Virus record (IMG/VR): IMGVR_UViG_3300024243_000022
Location: 1 to 56,719 of that record
Strand: one strand, 5' to 3'
Origin: a virus
Lineage: Duplodnaviria > Caudoviricetes
DNA length: 56,719 nt
Below, one piece after another: positions 27,612 to 38,081 of this stretch. The notes under the pieces were generated by a model. The model was not told where the DNA came from, did not search any database, and saw nothing but the letters and a program-made list of their open reading frames with translations. The translations under genes were made by a program, and so were the position numbers. Positions within the stretch are counted from its first letter, which is position 1. Each line of letters starts with the position of its first letter.

Positions 27612-29615
27612 TTAAATCTCCAATTGATAGAATTTAAACATCATTCCGTTTATAAATACTGGCTTTCCAGCTATGTGTATACTTGAAACTTTGACTTGAA
27701 ATGAATAGCAATTTATGTTAAGATCAAAGTACAATAATGAGCCAACTGGAGTCAACGTTACGTTTTCTAAGTCGGCCAGAGGTATATTTTCTATATCAGC
27801 TAGTGTAATTGCGTCCGAGATTGCTAAAGCTAAAGACTTAGTTAACTCAGAAGTGCCTCTCTGGCCGTTCTTGTAGAAGTCAAATACAATATTTGAGCCA
27901 TTGATACTTGAGGCCATAATCTGACCTTGTACTAAGTCTCGTGTTCCAAATGGCATTTCTACGTAAGCTGTTTTATAAGACGGTGCTATTTGTGTAGTGC
28001 CTAAGTCTTTGTACTGTGTAGTACCTATTTCGTACATGTAGCCATCAGAACAACCTATTACAAACTTTGCACCAATTTGTTTAAAAAACGTAGGTGTCAC
28101 AGGTAATTTATACCTCGACCAGGGATAACGTACTTTGCCATTCTTCATTCTAATTGGTTGTTTTGTATGGCATATGTATGTATATGTACCACCTAAGTTT
28201 AACCAGTATTGACCATCCGCTGCATGATACCCTGCGATAGCTGTACCTGTTACCCAGTTAGTAAAAGCATCTCTTATAGGATCAGAGAATGAGTCTGTAC
28301 GTAGATCACCAAACTCTTGTATACCAGTTAGATTATCTGTGCCTGTCGCTGAGCTAAACCATAAGTCATTATTTGTATTGACCAAAGTTTTAATTGTAGA
28401 CCAAGACTTCTGAAACAGTAGTGGAAGTTTATACGTACTTGGAGTCGAGCCTTCTAACTTACACATGAATGAATGTTCTTCTGTACCTAGTACGTAAAGT
28501 GTGCCATATAAATCTTCAAATCCACCAATCGGGAATGAGTTAGCATTATCGTCTACTACACCAACATAACCACCGCCACCACTTGTAGACCAATCAAGAT
28601 GTGTTAAGTTACCATAGTATGCACGACCTGGTTCATCTGGATTCTTGATCCACGGTCTGTTACCAGCAACTACGCCATAAGATGCTTTAGGCGGACGACC
28701 AGGATAAACCTTCATTATAGGATCACTTGTTGCTGTCTGAGCCCACGATCCTGTCCATACCCATGCAGCACCAGCGCTTGCTACTGTAGTACCTTGAACT
28801 AAGAAATTTGATCCTTCTAGACAAGCATAGTACGCTGTGCTCGGTAGCATTTCAGATGATACATCTGCACTTGTAAACACTATAGATATATAGTCTGCTG
28901 ATGCACTTGGTACAATGCCTGTATAAGCTTTAGTTGCTACAACTGCGTCTGATGATACAAGTCTTAATGTGGCGGTGATTGCCGCAGTACCGCCTGATTC
29001 TTGTACTTTAGCTTCTATTTTAGTAATTGGAATAGTGTACCCAGCATCCCAAGCTTGACTTGTAAACTTAGCTGCTATGCGATCGTCTGTACCAGCAGTA
29101 AGAACTGCTGCAGCATCGTCTTGACCAGAATAGTTATCGTATTGTGTACCATCGTCGCCACCATCATATGCTATCTTAATTGTAGTTGTATCTTCACAGT
29201 ATTTAAGATACGAACCATCACATATTAGCGCTACGTCGTTGTACGATACAAGCGTAGTAAGACCAACCATTGTCTTGGTGTCTACTTGTGTCGGTGTTAG
29301 CGTACTCATGTAATATACTTTATATACACTACTAGCATTATCAGTACATAGTGTATACTCAGTGCCACCTAGAGTCACTGATGCAGCATCTACGAGTGAC
29401 CCTATAGCAGTATCTGACCATTTATATACTGCACCACGTGTTTCTAACTGGCCGCCTGGATTAAGCTTTAAATCGATACACTCAGCTAGTTCTTCTCGTT
29501 CCAGTTGAAAGGAAGGTACTGATGTATTCTCACCTAGTGGCCACCCAACAAATGCAATACCTTCTTCTTCAAGAGGTTGTGTTTGTGAGTTTATATATGC
29601 TGGAATTTCTCTCAT
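27612..29615 (-). CDS. putative tail nozzle/stabilisation protein
   Basis: 667 aa, beta-rich, directly after the adaptor in podovirus gene order. Confidence 0.7.
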   Translation of the reverse strand: MREIPAYINSQTQPLEEEGIAFVGWPLGENTSVPSFQLEREELAECIDLKLNPGGQLETRGAVYKWSDTAIGSLVDAASVTLGGTEYTLCTDNASSVYKVYYMSTLTPTQVDTKTMVGLTTLVSYNDVALICDGSYLKYCEDTTTIKIAYDGGDDGTQYDNYSGQDDAAAVLTAGTDDRIAAKFTSQAWDAGYTIPITKIEAKVQESGGTAAITATLRLVSSDAVVATKAYTGIVPSASADYISIVFTSADVSSEMLPSTAYYACLEGSNFLVQGTTVASAGAAWVWTGSWAQTATSDPIMKVYPGRPPKASYGVVAGNRPWIKNPDEPGRAYYGNLTHLDWSTSGGGGYVGVVDDNANSFPIGGFEDLYGTLYVLGTEEHSFMCKLEGSTPSTYKLPLLFQKSWSTIKTLVNTNNDLWFSSATGTDNLTGIQEFGDLRTDSFSDPIRDAFTNWVTGTAIAGYHAADGQYWLNLGGTYTYICHTKQPIRMKNGKVRYPWSRYKLPVTPTFFKQIGAKFVIGCSDGYMYEIGTTQYKDLGTTQIAPSYKTAYVEMPFGTRDLVQGQIMASSINGSNIVFDFYKNGQRGTSELTKSLALAISDAITLADIENIPLADLENVTLTPVGSLLYFDLNINCYSFQVKVSSIHIAGKPVFINGMMFKFYQLEI

Positions 29616-30223
29616 TAGAAACCTGCGTCTTTAATGGCTTGTTGACGTACTCTACGAACGGTCTTAGATACTATGGTCTGTCTGAAAAACTCATGTAAAG
29701 CAAAGTCACCAACTATCTTACGTTCATTTCTGTTCTTCGCAATTATTATAACTCCTCCACGGAGTTCGTTGTTAAACTCATCATTGTATGGCATTGAGTT
29801 GCCACTAACTAGAGTTGTAGATTTCTGGTTGTATTGTAAAAAAACTGTTTGCTCTGATGATGCTGTTCTTTCGAAAATCATATTTGTTTTATGAATACCA
29901 TAGTAACTAGGTATTCCAGTAGCGTTTTCTTGGAGTTCTTCATTTATCCAAGCAACACTCTTTTTCACTAAATCTGTATCGTCAATTTGTACTAATATGT
30001 CTGTACTGAAGTCAGTAGGTAGTGCAACACTGCTATTCGATATTGGTAGAGTTAAAGAAGTTGAATTAAATACCCAGTCTGACTGAACTGAGCCAAGGAA
30101 AGTTGCTAAGGCCTCAATTACTCTGTTGTAGAAAGCTAGTACCATAGTAGCTGAGTATTGCGTGGAATCCTCATCGCGTATATCAAACCTTGTCTGTGTT
30201 ATTTCTGCATCTATAGTTGCCAT
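29615..30223 (-). CDS. putative head-tail adaptor protein
   Basis: 202 aa; ALPTDF and TGIPSYY adaptor-like motifs; synteny. Confidence 0.7.
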   Translation of the reverse strand: MATIDAEITQTRFDIRDEDSTQYSATMVLAFYNRVIEALATFLGSVQSDWVFNSTSLTLPISNSSVALPTDFSTDILVQIDDTDLVKKSVAWINEELQENATGIPSYYGIHKTNMIFERTASSEQTVFLQYNQKSTTLVSGNSMPYNDEFNNELRGGVIIIAKNRNERKIVGDFALHEFFRQTIVSKTVRRVRQQAIKDAGF

Positions 30224-30230
30224 GTTAAAT

Positions 30231-30254
30231 ATGGGAGGGATTGCTCCCTCCCAT
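30231..30254 (-). terminator. hairpin/terminator after the capsid-decoration genes
   Basis: ATGGGAGGGA-4nt-TCCCTCCCAT perfect 10-bp stem; short T tail on the minus strand. Confidence 0.6.
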
Positions 30255-30261
30255 CCTCAAA

Positions 30262-30948
30262 TTAATGATTAATGCAAAGTGCAACTACTTCAAATTTAGC
30301 GCCGTCAAGATCAACGTCACCGTTAGTTGTAGAAGCTACGATGTCAATAGTATCTGCAGAAGCGAAGTACAATGGAGAAGCTGCCCTAGGTGCCTTAAGT
30401 ACAAAAACCTCTGCTGTAGCGGACGCTAAATCAATAGCCCCTCCAGTGTTATTTGCAAGTACAACAGACACTGTATCTTCTGCTGTAACAGTTGCTGTAA
30501 TAACAAGGTCTACAAGATCTACACCAAGTGTAACTAAAACAGGATTACCTATCGCAGCACCTGCAACAGTTATATCTTTAACTTCTTCATTACCGTCGTC
30601 AATTGACGCTGCATCCCATGTAGAAGTCGCTGTTAGAACTGTTGATGCATTACCAGTAGCATCTAAATTGAGGTCTTGGCCCCAGTAATCAGTATCAGAA
30701 CCATAACCAAGATGAACTGTAGCATCTGCTGTTTCCGCTGTAATAACATTAATATACGCATTTAACACTGTAGTGCGAGCTGGAATAGCTAAACACTGCG
30801 CTACATCAGTTTCACCTGCATCAATTGTCTGAATTGAACAGTCAATAGTGTTTCTGCGAACTTGAAAATCTGGGTCAATAAGGAGCTTCTGTGTAGCTGT
30901 TGCACCCCCGGTGACTGAACCATCACAAAAATTATATGTGGTTGCCAT
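30262..30948 (-). CDS. capsid decoration/spike protein, paralogue 2 (with inserted domain)
   Basis: MATTYNFCDGS...DVAQCL.IPA.TTVL.AY, clearly similar to 30961..31416. Confidence 0.7.
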   Translation of the reverse strand: MATTYNFCDGSVTGGATATQKLLIDPDFQVRRNTIDCSIQTIDAGETDVAQCLAIPARTTVLNAYINVITAETADATVHLGYGSDTDYWGQDLNLDATGNASTVLTATSTWDAASIDDGNEEVKDITVAGAAIGNPVLVTLGVDLVDLVITATVTAEDTVSVVLANNTGGAIDLASATAEVFVLKAPRAASPLYFASADTIDIVASTTNGDVDLDGAKFEVVALCINH

Positions 30949-30960
30949 GTCTCACCTCCT

Positions 30961-31416
30961 TTAATAAGTGTCGACGTGTTTAAGGCAAACAGCAAAAACT
31001 TCTACTTTAAGTCCGTCCAAGTCAACATCTGCGCCGTCTGTAGTCGCAGTAAGGTCAATAGTGTCAGCAGCAGCGAAATAAACTGGAACATTACTTCCAA
31101 GCCCACCTACCGTTACATCAGCAGCAGCGGCAACATCAAGAGCGTCGCCCCACTGATCAGCGTTTCCACCATAACCTAGGTCAACGGTACCATTAGCGGT
31201 TTCTGCAGTCATCACTCGTACGTAAGCAGTGAGTACTGTAGTAGCTGCAGGAATAATCAGACACTGCGCGACATCAGCCGCGCCAGCTTCAATATTCTGC
31301 AATGAAAAATCAACAATGTGCCGGAGTATAGTTAACTCATTTTCCCGAAGGGTAGTCTGAGTCATTCTAGGAACACCAGCGATACTTCCATCTGTAAAAT
31401 TATATGTGGTTGCCAT
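30961..31416 (-). CDS. capsid decoration protein, paralogue 1
   Basis: Immediately after the MCP; AGGAGGTG SD; paralogue of the next gene. Confidence 0.7.
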   Translation of the reverse strand: MATTYNFTDGSIAGVPRMTQTTLRENELTILRHIVDFSLQNIEAGAADVAQCLIIPAATTVLTAYVRVMTAETANGTVDLGYGGNADQWGDALDVAAAADVTVGGLGSNVPVYFAAADTIDLTATTDGADVDLDGLKVEVFAVCLKHVDTY

Positions 31417-31429
31417 TTAGGTCACCTCC

Positions 31430-32500
31430 TTAACTATGCGCAGCAGCATAAGAGCTAATGGTCATAACCCCAAAGTCTTTGCTGTTGAAACGGGTTTTTT
31501 GCATACCAAAACAACTGCCGGCTGCAAGACCTTTTTTGTTACCATAATCCTGGCTTTTTTCAACCCAGGTAATATAGTTGTCTTTACCAACTTTCTTTTG
31601 GTCCATTCTGTCATAAGCATTACCCAACGCAAAAACACCAGCTTGTGCACCCAGGAAGAGATTCCTTCGTACGTTAGTTGTAGGTGTGTAAATACGATTT
31701 GATTCATAGATGATGCATTTATTGTAAACACCAAGAGCTCCGTTAAAGATCGGATTCTTGAGTCCACGAATATTTGCATACTGCTGAATTTCATGCCATT
31801 TAACACTTGAAGAACCTGTACCAAGGGACAATTTCATGTCAGTCACTGAGTAAGGATGAAGCACAACTACAAAGTAGTCGTCGCCATCGATACGAACAGG
31901 ACGCATGGGAACGTCATTGGTAGTCGCTTTTTCTTTTGCGTAATCAATATCTTCAAGCAGGAATTTATCATTTGAATCCAGGGCGCCAGTGCTTGTTTCA
32001 GCAGTTGCGTTACCAGAATAAATGATATGATCTGAGTCAGGAGTTCGGCCAGTGTTGCTACCGTGGGTCAACGAGGTGTCACCGCAAAGATACCTGAACA
32101 TATACTCTTCAAGCTTGTTGCTCCACCATCTTGACAAGGCCCACTGTCCGTCCTTTCTAAGATTATGAATTGTTCTCTGCTGGGACATTTTTCCAAAGAT
32201 ATGTGCATGTCTCAGCTGATTGATTTTAATACTGTCCTGATAAAAAGTCAACTGTTCTTCGTTGCCTTCCAGGGTGTTGTCTCCAGTTACGCCAGCGCCT
32301 TCCATCTCAACTAAGAGATCGTAGACTATATTATCACCAGCGTTCTTCTCGAGGTCTTTTGCCATATAAAGGATCGCATCTTCATTAGTTCCGAGAAACT
32401 TGCGGAAGAACAAGGTACCCTTAAGGGCCTCGTACCATGTCTTTTTAGACCAAAGTTTCACCGTTTGACTTGACGATGTGCCGAACTCTGTCTCTGCCAT
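31430..32500 (-). CDS. major capsid protein (N4-gp56/DUF4043 type)
   Basis: DLEKNAGDNI, GVTGDNTLEGNEEQL, QLRHA, NPIFNGALG, FLGAQA, DYGNKKG, KDFGV. Confidence 0.93.
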   Translation of the reverse strand: MAETEFGTSSSQTVKLWSKKTWYEALKGTLFFRKFLGTNEDAILYMAKDLEKNAGDNIVYDLLVEMEGAGVTGDNTLEGNEEQLTFYQDSIKINQLRHAHIFGKMSQQRTIHNLRKDGQWALSRWWSNKLEEYMFRYLCGDTSLTHGSNTGRTPDSDHIIYSGNATAETSTGALDSNDKFLLEDIDYAKEKATTNDVPMRPVRIDGDDYFVVVLHPYSVTDMKLSLGTGSSSVKWHEIQQYANIRGLKNPIFNGALGVYNKCIIYESNRIYTPTTNVRRNLFLGAQAGVFALGNAYDRMDQKKVGKDNYITWVEKSQDYGNKKGLAAGSCFGMQKTRFNSKDFGVMTISSYAAAHS

Positions 32501-32519
32501 TTGTGACTCCTGTTAATAA

Positions 32520-33152
32520 TTATGAATATTTATCTTTATACTCCACAACTTTGTGTAGTAGATCTTCGTTTGACTCTATTGTACCTAGTAAAGTATTACA
32601 TCTAGGACACAGTAACCCTCTAACCTTATTTGTATCATGGTCATGATCTATGGATGCTCTAGTAGATAACTCACTGAAATCTTTACTGCAAATTTCACAG
32701 CAGCCTTTTTGTTGATTCATCATATCTTGAAAATCAACTTCAGTTAAGCCATAACTTGTTTTAATACTAGCCATACGAAAATAATGATCACGTTGTTTAC
32801 GTTCAGCATTATTTTTTGCACCAGTAGGGTTATACTGTTTTCGTCGTAAGTGCTCACAAGTTTTACAGTTAACCATTAAACCATTTTTATCTCGGTTGTC
32901 AACTCCGAATAATTTAACTGATAAAGTTTGTTTACACGACGGACAATACTTTTTACCTTGTTTAAGCTGCTGAACGCGTCGATTAGTTTCTTCGACACTT
33001 TTCTTGCCTTTACCATTTGCCCAGCATTTTTTATTTGACTTACTTGCACATTGTCTACAGTATGATTTTAAACCGTCTTTACTTCGCGCTTGTTTGTTAA
33101 ACTCAGTAATACTTTTTTCTACTTTACATCCACTACACGTTTTAGTCTTCAT
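32520..33152 (-). CDS. endonuclease VII-type HNH homing endonuclease
   Basis: Two N-terminal CxxC..CxxC fingers; CEIC...IDHDH..KVRGLLCPRCN EndoVII motif; likely start MKTKTC at 33152. Confidence 0.9.
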   Translation of the reverse strand: MKTKTCSGCKVEKSITEFNKQARSKDGLKSYCRQCASKSNKKCWANGKGKKSVEETNRRVQQLKQGKKYCPSCKQTLSVKLFGVDNRDKNGLMVNCKTCEHLRRKQYNPTGAKNNAERKQRDHYFRMASIKTSYGLTEVDFQDMMNQQKGCCEICSKDFSELSTRASIDHDHDTNKVRGLLCPRCNTLLGTIESNEDLLHKVVEYKDKYS

Positions 33153-33268
33153 TTTACTAGCCCTCGCTATTTCCTGTAAAATAAATACGAGGGAAAGAAT
33201 GTAGGTTGCATCCCTTTTCGACTTGCATTGTCTATCCCTCATAACTGTATAATTCATATCAGTTTTCC

Positions 33269-34246
33269 TTAACCTGTTTTTTCCAGTAGACGATCGATTT
33301 TCGCCATCGTTCGAGCGTCTAAGTTCATGAATTCTTCAGTCGGCATATTTGCAACTCTAGCAAGTAGAGTCTCGTTTACTTCGCCTCCTGAAGAGTTTGC
33401 TCTTGCTAGTGAAGCTGGTCGATCTGTATCCAATAGTTCATTGGTGTTGTTAGCTTCAGTTATTGCAAGGTTTAAGGCTTTTCGTACATACCGTGGGGTC
33501 GCAATCAAGTGCGCTTCCAAAACACTTTCCATGTTTAAAGACGGAAACTTCTTTGTAAAAGCGTCATTGATTGTTTTCGAGTTCAACGCGATGTCAATAG
33601 CTTGATCAGCTGTAGTAGGCGCTGCAATTCCGCGCTTTACTAAGTAGTCATCAAATAAGTCATCTTTCAAGTAATCCCACGCGCTTGAAACTTTTTTGTG
33701 AGCGTCAGCATAGCCTTCGTTCTCGCTCAATAAAGTGTTTAACGCTTCGCTTTCTGACGCTTTAGTATGCATAGTTGTAGTTGCATTTCGCAACATGTCA
33801 ACCTGATTCTTAAGCTCCAAAAGTTCAGCATTATCTCCAGTACTCAGGTTCATCAATTTAGAAGTATCCAGGTAGAGATTCCCTTCTTCATCAAAGTCGA
33901 TAGGGATGTTGGAGTACTTCTTGTCATCAAGTTCGTTCTCCAAGTCCTTAGTCTCTTTGAAAGTTGCTACGGCAGTTTTAATTTCATCTAACTGCTCCTG
34001 TAGTCCCTGTCTAATACCTCTTTGTGCTGATAAAGATTTAATTAAACCTTTATTGGCAATTTCTAACTCAGACATCTTCTTAGCAATAGATTGTACGTCG
34101 TCTACATCCTGATCTGCATCATCATCTGCATCATCATCCACATCATCCACATCTGCAAATTCATCCAACACATCTGTGTCATCAACGTCAACTTCATCTA
34201 GTGCTGCGAGTTCTTCTTTTGTTAGATTTTTGTTATCCTCAGCCAT
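33269..34246 (-). CDS. putative capsid scaffolding protein
   Basis: Very acidic N-terminus, coiled coil, lies between portal and MCP. Confidence 0.75.
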   Translation of the reverse strand: MAEDNKNLTKEELAALDEVDVDDTDVLDEFADVDDVDDDADDDADQDVDDVQSIAKKMSELEIANKGLIKSLSAQRGIRQGLQEQLDEIKTAVATFKETKDLENELDDKKYSNIPIDFDEEGNLYLDTSKLMNLSTGDNAELLELKNQVDMLRNATTTMHTKASESEALNTLLSENEGYADAHKKVSSAWDYLKDDLFDDYLVKRGIAAPTTADQAIDIALNSKTINDAFTKKFPSLNMESVLEAHLIATPRYVRKALNLAITEANNTNELLDTDRPASLARANSSGGEVNETLLARVANMPTEEFMNLDARTMAKIDRLLEKTG

Positions 34247-34288
34247 ACTAACTCCTTTTCGCCCGATCCCCGGCGTCGGTAGTCACCC

Positions 34289-36376
34289 TTATGTAGGTGT
34301 CACATTTGTTGGTGTATTATTCTGTGGTGCTGCAGCCTGTTTCTCTGACGCACTCACCACAAATTTAAGTAGCTCAAGCATAGAACTTTTCTCGTCTGCG
34401 TCCATATCAGCCATCTTAGCAGCTAAGTCACGCTTAGAGTCAGTGTCTTTCTGAGCTATTTGCTCCCTTGATATTGCACCGTCTTGCATCTTGCCTTTCG
34501 CCATTATTTCTAACTTCTTGCTCTCGTTTTGTACCTGTGCTGTTTTATGCTTATCGTCACTTTCCAGCTTTTTGGCTTTCATCTGCATCTCAATACCTTG
34601 CAGTTTCTGTTTGCCTTCTTCTTGTTGCTTAATGTAGTTTTTCCAGTTTGCTTTTTCAATTGGAGATAAATCAAGTTTGTCAATCACAGTGAATGGATCA
34701 ACTGGGAAGCCTTTTTCCATCATTTCCATAAAGGTTGCCAGCTCAGCCATCATCTTAGTTAAGCCACCAGGGGCTTCTTCCATTCGAATATTGTAATTTA
34801 GGTCACGAATTTTTCTAATCGGCGCAATCATTCCACGCTGTTGATCTACTATATAACCTTGTTGAAAAGTGTATTTCTCAGTTTCACCGAGTATCTTTCT
34901 AATCTGTGTCTCAGGCATAAAGCGTACGATTATCTCAATCTTCCGCTTGTATACTTCTTTAAGTGCAGCTCGATGATTAGCAAATAACTTAGCCAAGATA
35001 GTAAGTCCTTGCTGTTGTCTCAAACGAAGATTTATTCCTGGTTCACGACGCTGCTGTGCAATACCCATCAAGTCAGGATTCACACCACTGATCATCTTCA
35101 TTGCTTCCCGGTTCATCTCTTCAAGCTTCATTGGTGCATCAGGGAATTGTGGAACAGATTTTTCTTTAACCTTGTTCAAACCCCCCTTGGTCATAAACGT
35201 AATTGCATCAGGATCAGCCCATGAGTCTTGCGCTTGTGTGAGATCATGAAATGCATCAATCTCAGCCATGACGCCAACGCCTTGCTTACCCAGGAGTTTA
35301 AGTGTATGCATCCAACGTCTATTGCATTCTTTCTGTGGGTCAATCATACCCTTCACAAGCCCATAGGCCTTGTGCTGCCGGGTTGATCGATCGATATATG
35401 CTCTTGCACGACAGAGTGAGAAGTTCTTCTTATAGACAGGTGAATCACCTTCCCACAAAATCCGGTCATGTGTGTAGTGCAGCCAATGAATCTTAGTGTC
35501 ATATACTTGAGTCAGTTGACCAGATATTTTTTCTTTCTTCAGGAGGTTGTATTCTTTCTTTGTTAGCTCAGTAATTTCCTTCTTGTCACTTATAAAGTAG
35601 TATCGCAGATACGCAATTCTGTACTCTAAATGTGAGACCAAAACTCGCTTGTTTTGTGAGTCGTAGAACTCAAAAGAATCTGCTTGCACTACGTCTTGGT
35701 CTAGATAACCAAGAGAGTGATCTGAATGCTTACCTAGTCCTTCCAGGCCATCAGTAAAAATTTCTTCCATATCCTTAATGTGCTTAGGATACCTGATGTG
35801 AAAGTCTTCTGCTGTAATCCACTTCTCATAGATGATGTACCGTGCATCACTAAGGTTCGACTTCCTACACATTGGATCAACTAATACCTCATACCCTTCT
35901 AATGAGAATTCGTAGAACTGAAGTTCTTCAGGATTTGCCGGATCAGGTCCTACGTCGACTACTACATCACCAACACCTGTGATAAGTTCATTCTCAAATA
36001 GTGTCTTGTGCTCATCTGCTGCGTCAAGTTGACTTGTGTCAATGTACTTGACAATATCCTCAAGTACTTCACATAAGAAGTCATCACTCTTCTCAACTGG
36101 GTATGGATAAATACGTACTGGATTTTGCGACTCAATCCCAACGGCTAGTTCTACAGTAGGATGGATGTAGTTCCATACTAAAGCTTCACGACCCTGCTGC
36201 TCTAGCTTAAACTTCTCATCATCACTCCACTGGTCACCGGCTTTAAACTTCTGCGCAAGCTGAGCTGACTCAAGCCACTCTAGATTTGCAGTCCAAGCTT
36301 CGTCTCGCATCTCTTTCGCAACTGTCAGTCGATCTTCTTTTGAGAGCTCAGTAAATGATGTATACCAACCAGCCAT
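34289..36376 (-). CDS. portal protein (P22-like)
   Basis: GDQW...L.WNYI.P, VDP...LSDARY, GMIDPQKECNRR, RQQQG, C-terminal coiled coil. Confidence 0.92.
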   Translation of the reverse strand: MAGWYTSFTELSKEDRLTVAKEMRDEAWTANLEWLESAQLAQKFKAGDQWSDDEKFKLEQQGREALVWNYIHPTVELAVGIESQNPVRIYPYPVEKSDDFLCEVLEDIVKYIDTSQLDAADEHKTLFENELITGVGDVVVDVGPDPANPEELQFYEFSLEGYEVLVDPMCRKSNLSDARYIIYEKWITAEDFHIRYPKHIKDMEEIFTDGLEGLGKHSDHSLGYLDQDVVQADSFEFYDSQNKRVLVSHLEYRIAYLRYYFISDKKEITELTKKEYNLLKKEKISGQLTQVYDTKIHWLHYTHDRILWEGDSPVYKKNFSLCRARAYIDRSTRQHKAYGLVKGMIDPQKECNRRWMHTLKLLGKQGVGVMAEIDAFHDLTQAQDSWADPDAITFMTKGGLNKVKEKSVPQFPDAPMKLEEMNREAMKMISGVNPDLMGIAQQRREPGINLRLRQQQGLTILAKLFANHRAALKEVYKRKIEIIVRFMPETQIRKILGETEKYTFQQGYIVDQQRGMIAPIRKIRDLNYNIRMEEAPGGLTKMMAELATFMEMMEKGFPVDPFTVIDKLDLSPIEKANWKNYIKQQEEGKQKLQGIEMQMKAKKLESDDKHKTAQVQNESKKLEIMAKGKMQDGAISREQIAQKDTDSKRDLAAKMADMDADEKSSMLELLKFVVSASEKQAAAPQNNTPTNVTPT

Positions 36377-36389
36377 AATAAGTCACCTT

Positions 36390-36611
36390 TTATTTTTTTG
36401 GAGTAGGCTTAACTGTGCCAACTGCCGGAATCTTCGCAGTTTCTTTTGTACCAATGTAGATGACCGCGGCAGACTTAAGTACATCACCGCTCTCAAGATG
36501 CACACTGTTCTCTACATTTCGTGTAACCATCTTCATCAGTCTCTCATGATCGTACTGAGCCAACTCAATTGTGTTACCGTCAATCATTCTTGCATAGTAT
36601 CTTGTTCCCAT
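36390..36611 (-). CDS. hypothetical protein
   Basis: 73-aa ORF between TerL and portal. Confidence 0.65.
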   Translation of the reverse strand: MGTRYYARMIDGNTIELAQYDHERLMKMVTRNVENSVHLESGDVLKSAAVIYIGTKETAKIPAVGTVKPTPKK

Positions 36612-36623
36612 TACTCTTCTCCC

Positions 36624-38078
36624 TTACATTACCATTCTTCGTTGTTTATATTTCGCCATCAGTGCGTCTACTTCATTCAGGCGTTCCTTTGTATAGCCAG
36701 AAAGGCCCCTGATACGCATCATCACATACTGAAGAGCATCGTGGACATGACTGTACTTATTCTTGGCAGGCGTATCTGCAAATCTCTCTTCACCAACAAC
36801 CTGCAGTCTTCTAAACTTATAGCCTCCATTAAATCCCTTTCTCAAATGGTTGCAGTCAGGATGTAAGTTGAATGCAGGCTTGCCGTCCCTGAGTGCAGTA
36901 AGATAGAATCGTACTGCTTCAAGACGTGGATCTAGCACATTGGTATTTGCTTCTTCACACATGATACCTAAGTCGGCTAGTTCTTTAAAAACTGTTTGTT
37001 CGTCTGTTTGTGCACGTTGATTGCCGGCTGGGTCACCGATGAATGAGATATCTGTGTCGGGGTAGTGCTGCTGAATATGTGGCAGTAAGCAGGTCTCAGC
37101 AAACTGCTTAATACCCATGTCAAAGGAGACTACTTCAGACAGCACATTCACACCGCCACGTGTTGTTGGTTGTACAAATACTGCAGAGGGAGTTAAGCCA
37201 AAGTCAAGGCCGCACAGTAATTCCTGATCCTCAACATGCACGATATGTTCATTTAGATGAAGGGCTTCTGACCACTGTTCTTTGTAAATCGGCCTTCCAT
37301 CTTCAACACTCCCGAATTGATTTGCTAGGTTGACCTTTATCCAACTGTGTGTCTTACCTTCTTTTCCTCTAGTGTAGTATCCCTCAGGTAAGTTTTGTAT
37401 GTTCTCAGCCAAAGGATTGGATTCCCATTCTCTAGTTACGGGGTTCTCTATTAACCCACCAGGTTGTGTAAAAAAGGTCCAGTCCCTTGGCTTGGTAACT
37501 TCTTGCAGTTCGTAAAGCCAGTGATCATCATCCACTTGATTGGTGTCACCGATTATCCCGTACCATGACGGCCCGCCATCAATAGCTGACGGATATCTGC
37601 CGATACGAAAGTCGAGCATATCCAGGATAGCTTTCGGTAATTCTTTTATTTCGTTGAGCCAGGCCCCAGTCAACTGTGATCCCCTCACCTTCTTGACAGC
37701 TTGCGGTCTGTCAAGAGCTATGAAGACTAGGTCTGAGTCAACGATGGTCTTATCTGATAGTTTAAATTTTATATGGTGGTTGGGTGGTTGAATACCAGAC
37801 CCTTTAGAAAACTTCCCTAGATGCTCGAATAAGTCAAGCCAATCCTTGATCGTAGTAGAGAAGAGTTCTCCATATGTGTTCCTGACAGCGTACCATCTAC
37901 TTTTGCGTATGCCTTGCCGGTTTGGTCGCTGCTCAGTCATCTGTGTCAAGATGCGTTCACAAGAGCCATAAGTTTTGCCGCTACCTAATGGCCCTGTGAT
38001 AATACCAACACGCCCTCGATGATGAATGTAGTCACCGAGTACCTGCCCTTGCGCCTTGGTTTTCATCACAAACTTCAT
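36624..38078 (-). CDS. terL: terminase large subunit
   Basis: GPLGSGKT Walker A, VRNTY, WLNE Walker B, GDTN, GLDFGLTP, GDPAG, SHVHDALQY nuclease motifs. Confidence 0.95.
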   Translation of the reverse strand: MKFVMKTKAQGQVLGDYIHHRGRVGIITGPLGSGKTYGSCERILTQMTEQRPNRQGIRKSRWYAVRNTYGELFSTTIKDWLDLFEHLGKFSKGSGIQPPNHHIKFKLSDKTIVDSDLVFIALDRPQAVKKVRGSQLTGAWLNEIKELPKAILDMLDFRIGRYPSAIDGGPSWYGIIGDTNQVDDDHWLYELQEVTKPRDWTFFTQPGGLIENPVTREWESNPLAENIQNLPEGYYTRGKEGKTHSWIKVNLANQFGSVEDGRPIYKEQWSEALHLNEHIVHVEDQELLCGLDFGLTPSAVFVQPTTRGGVNVLSEVVSFDMGIKQFAETCLLPHIQQHYPDTDISFIGDPAGNQRAQTDEQTVFKELADLGIMCEEANTNVLDPRLEAVRFYLTALRDGKPAFNLHPDCNHLRKGFNGGYKFRRLQVVGEERFADTPAKNKYSHVHDALQYVMMRIRGLSGYTKERLNEVDALMAKYKQRRMVM

Positions 38079-38081
38079 ATC

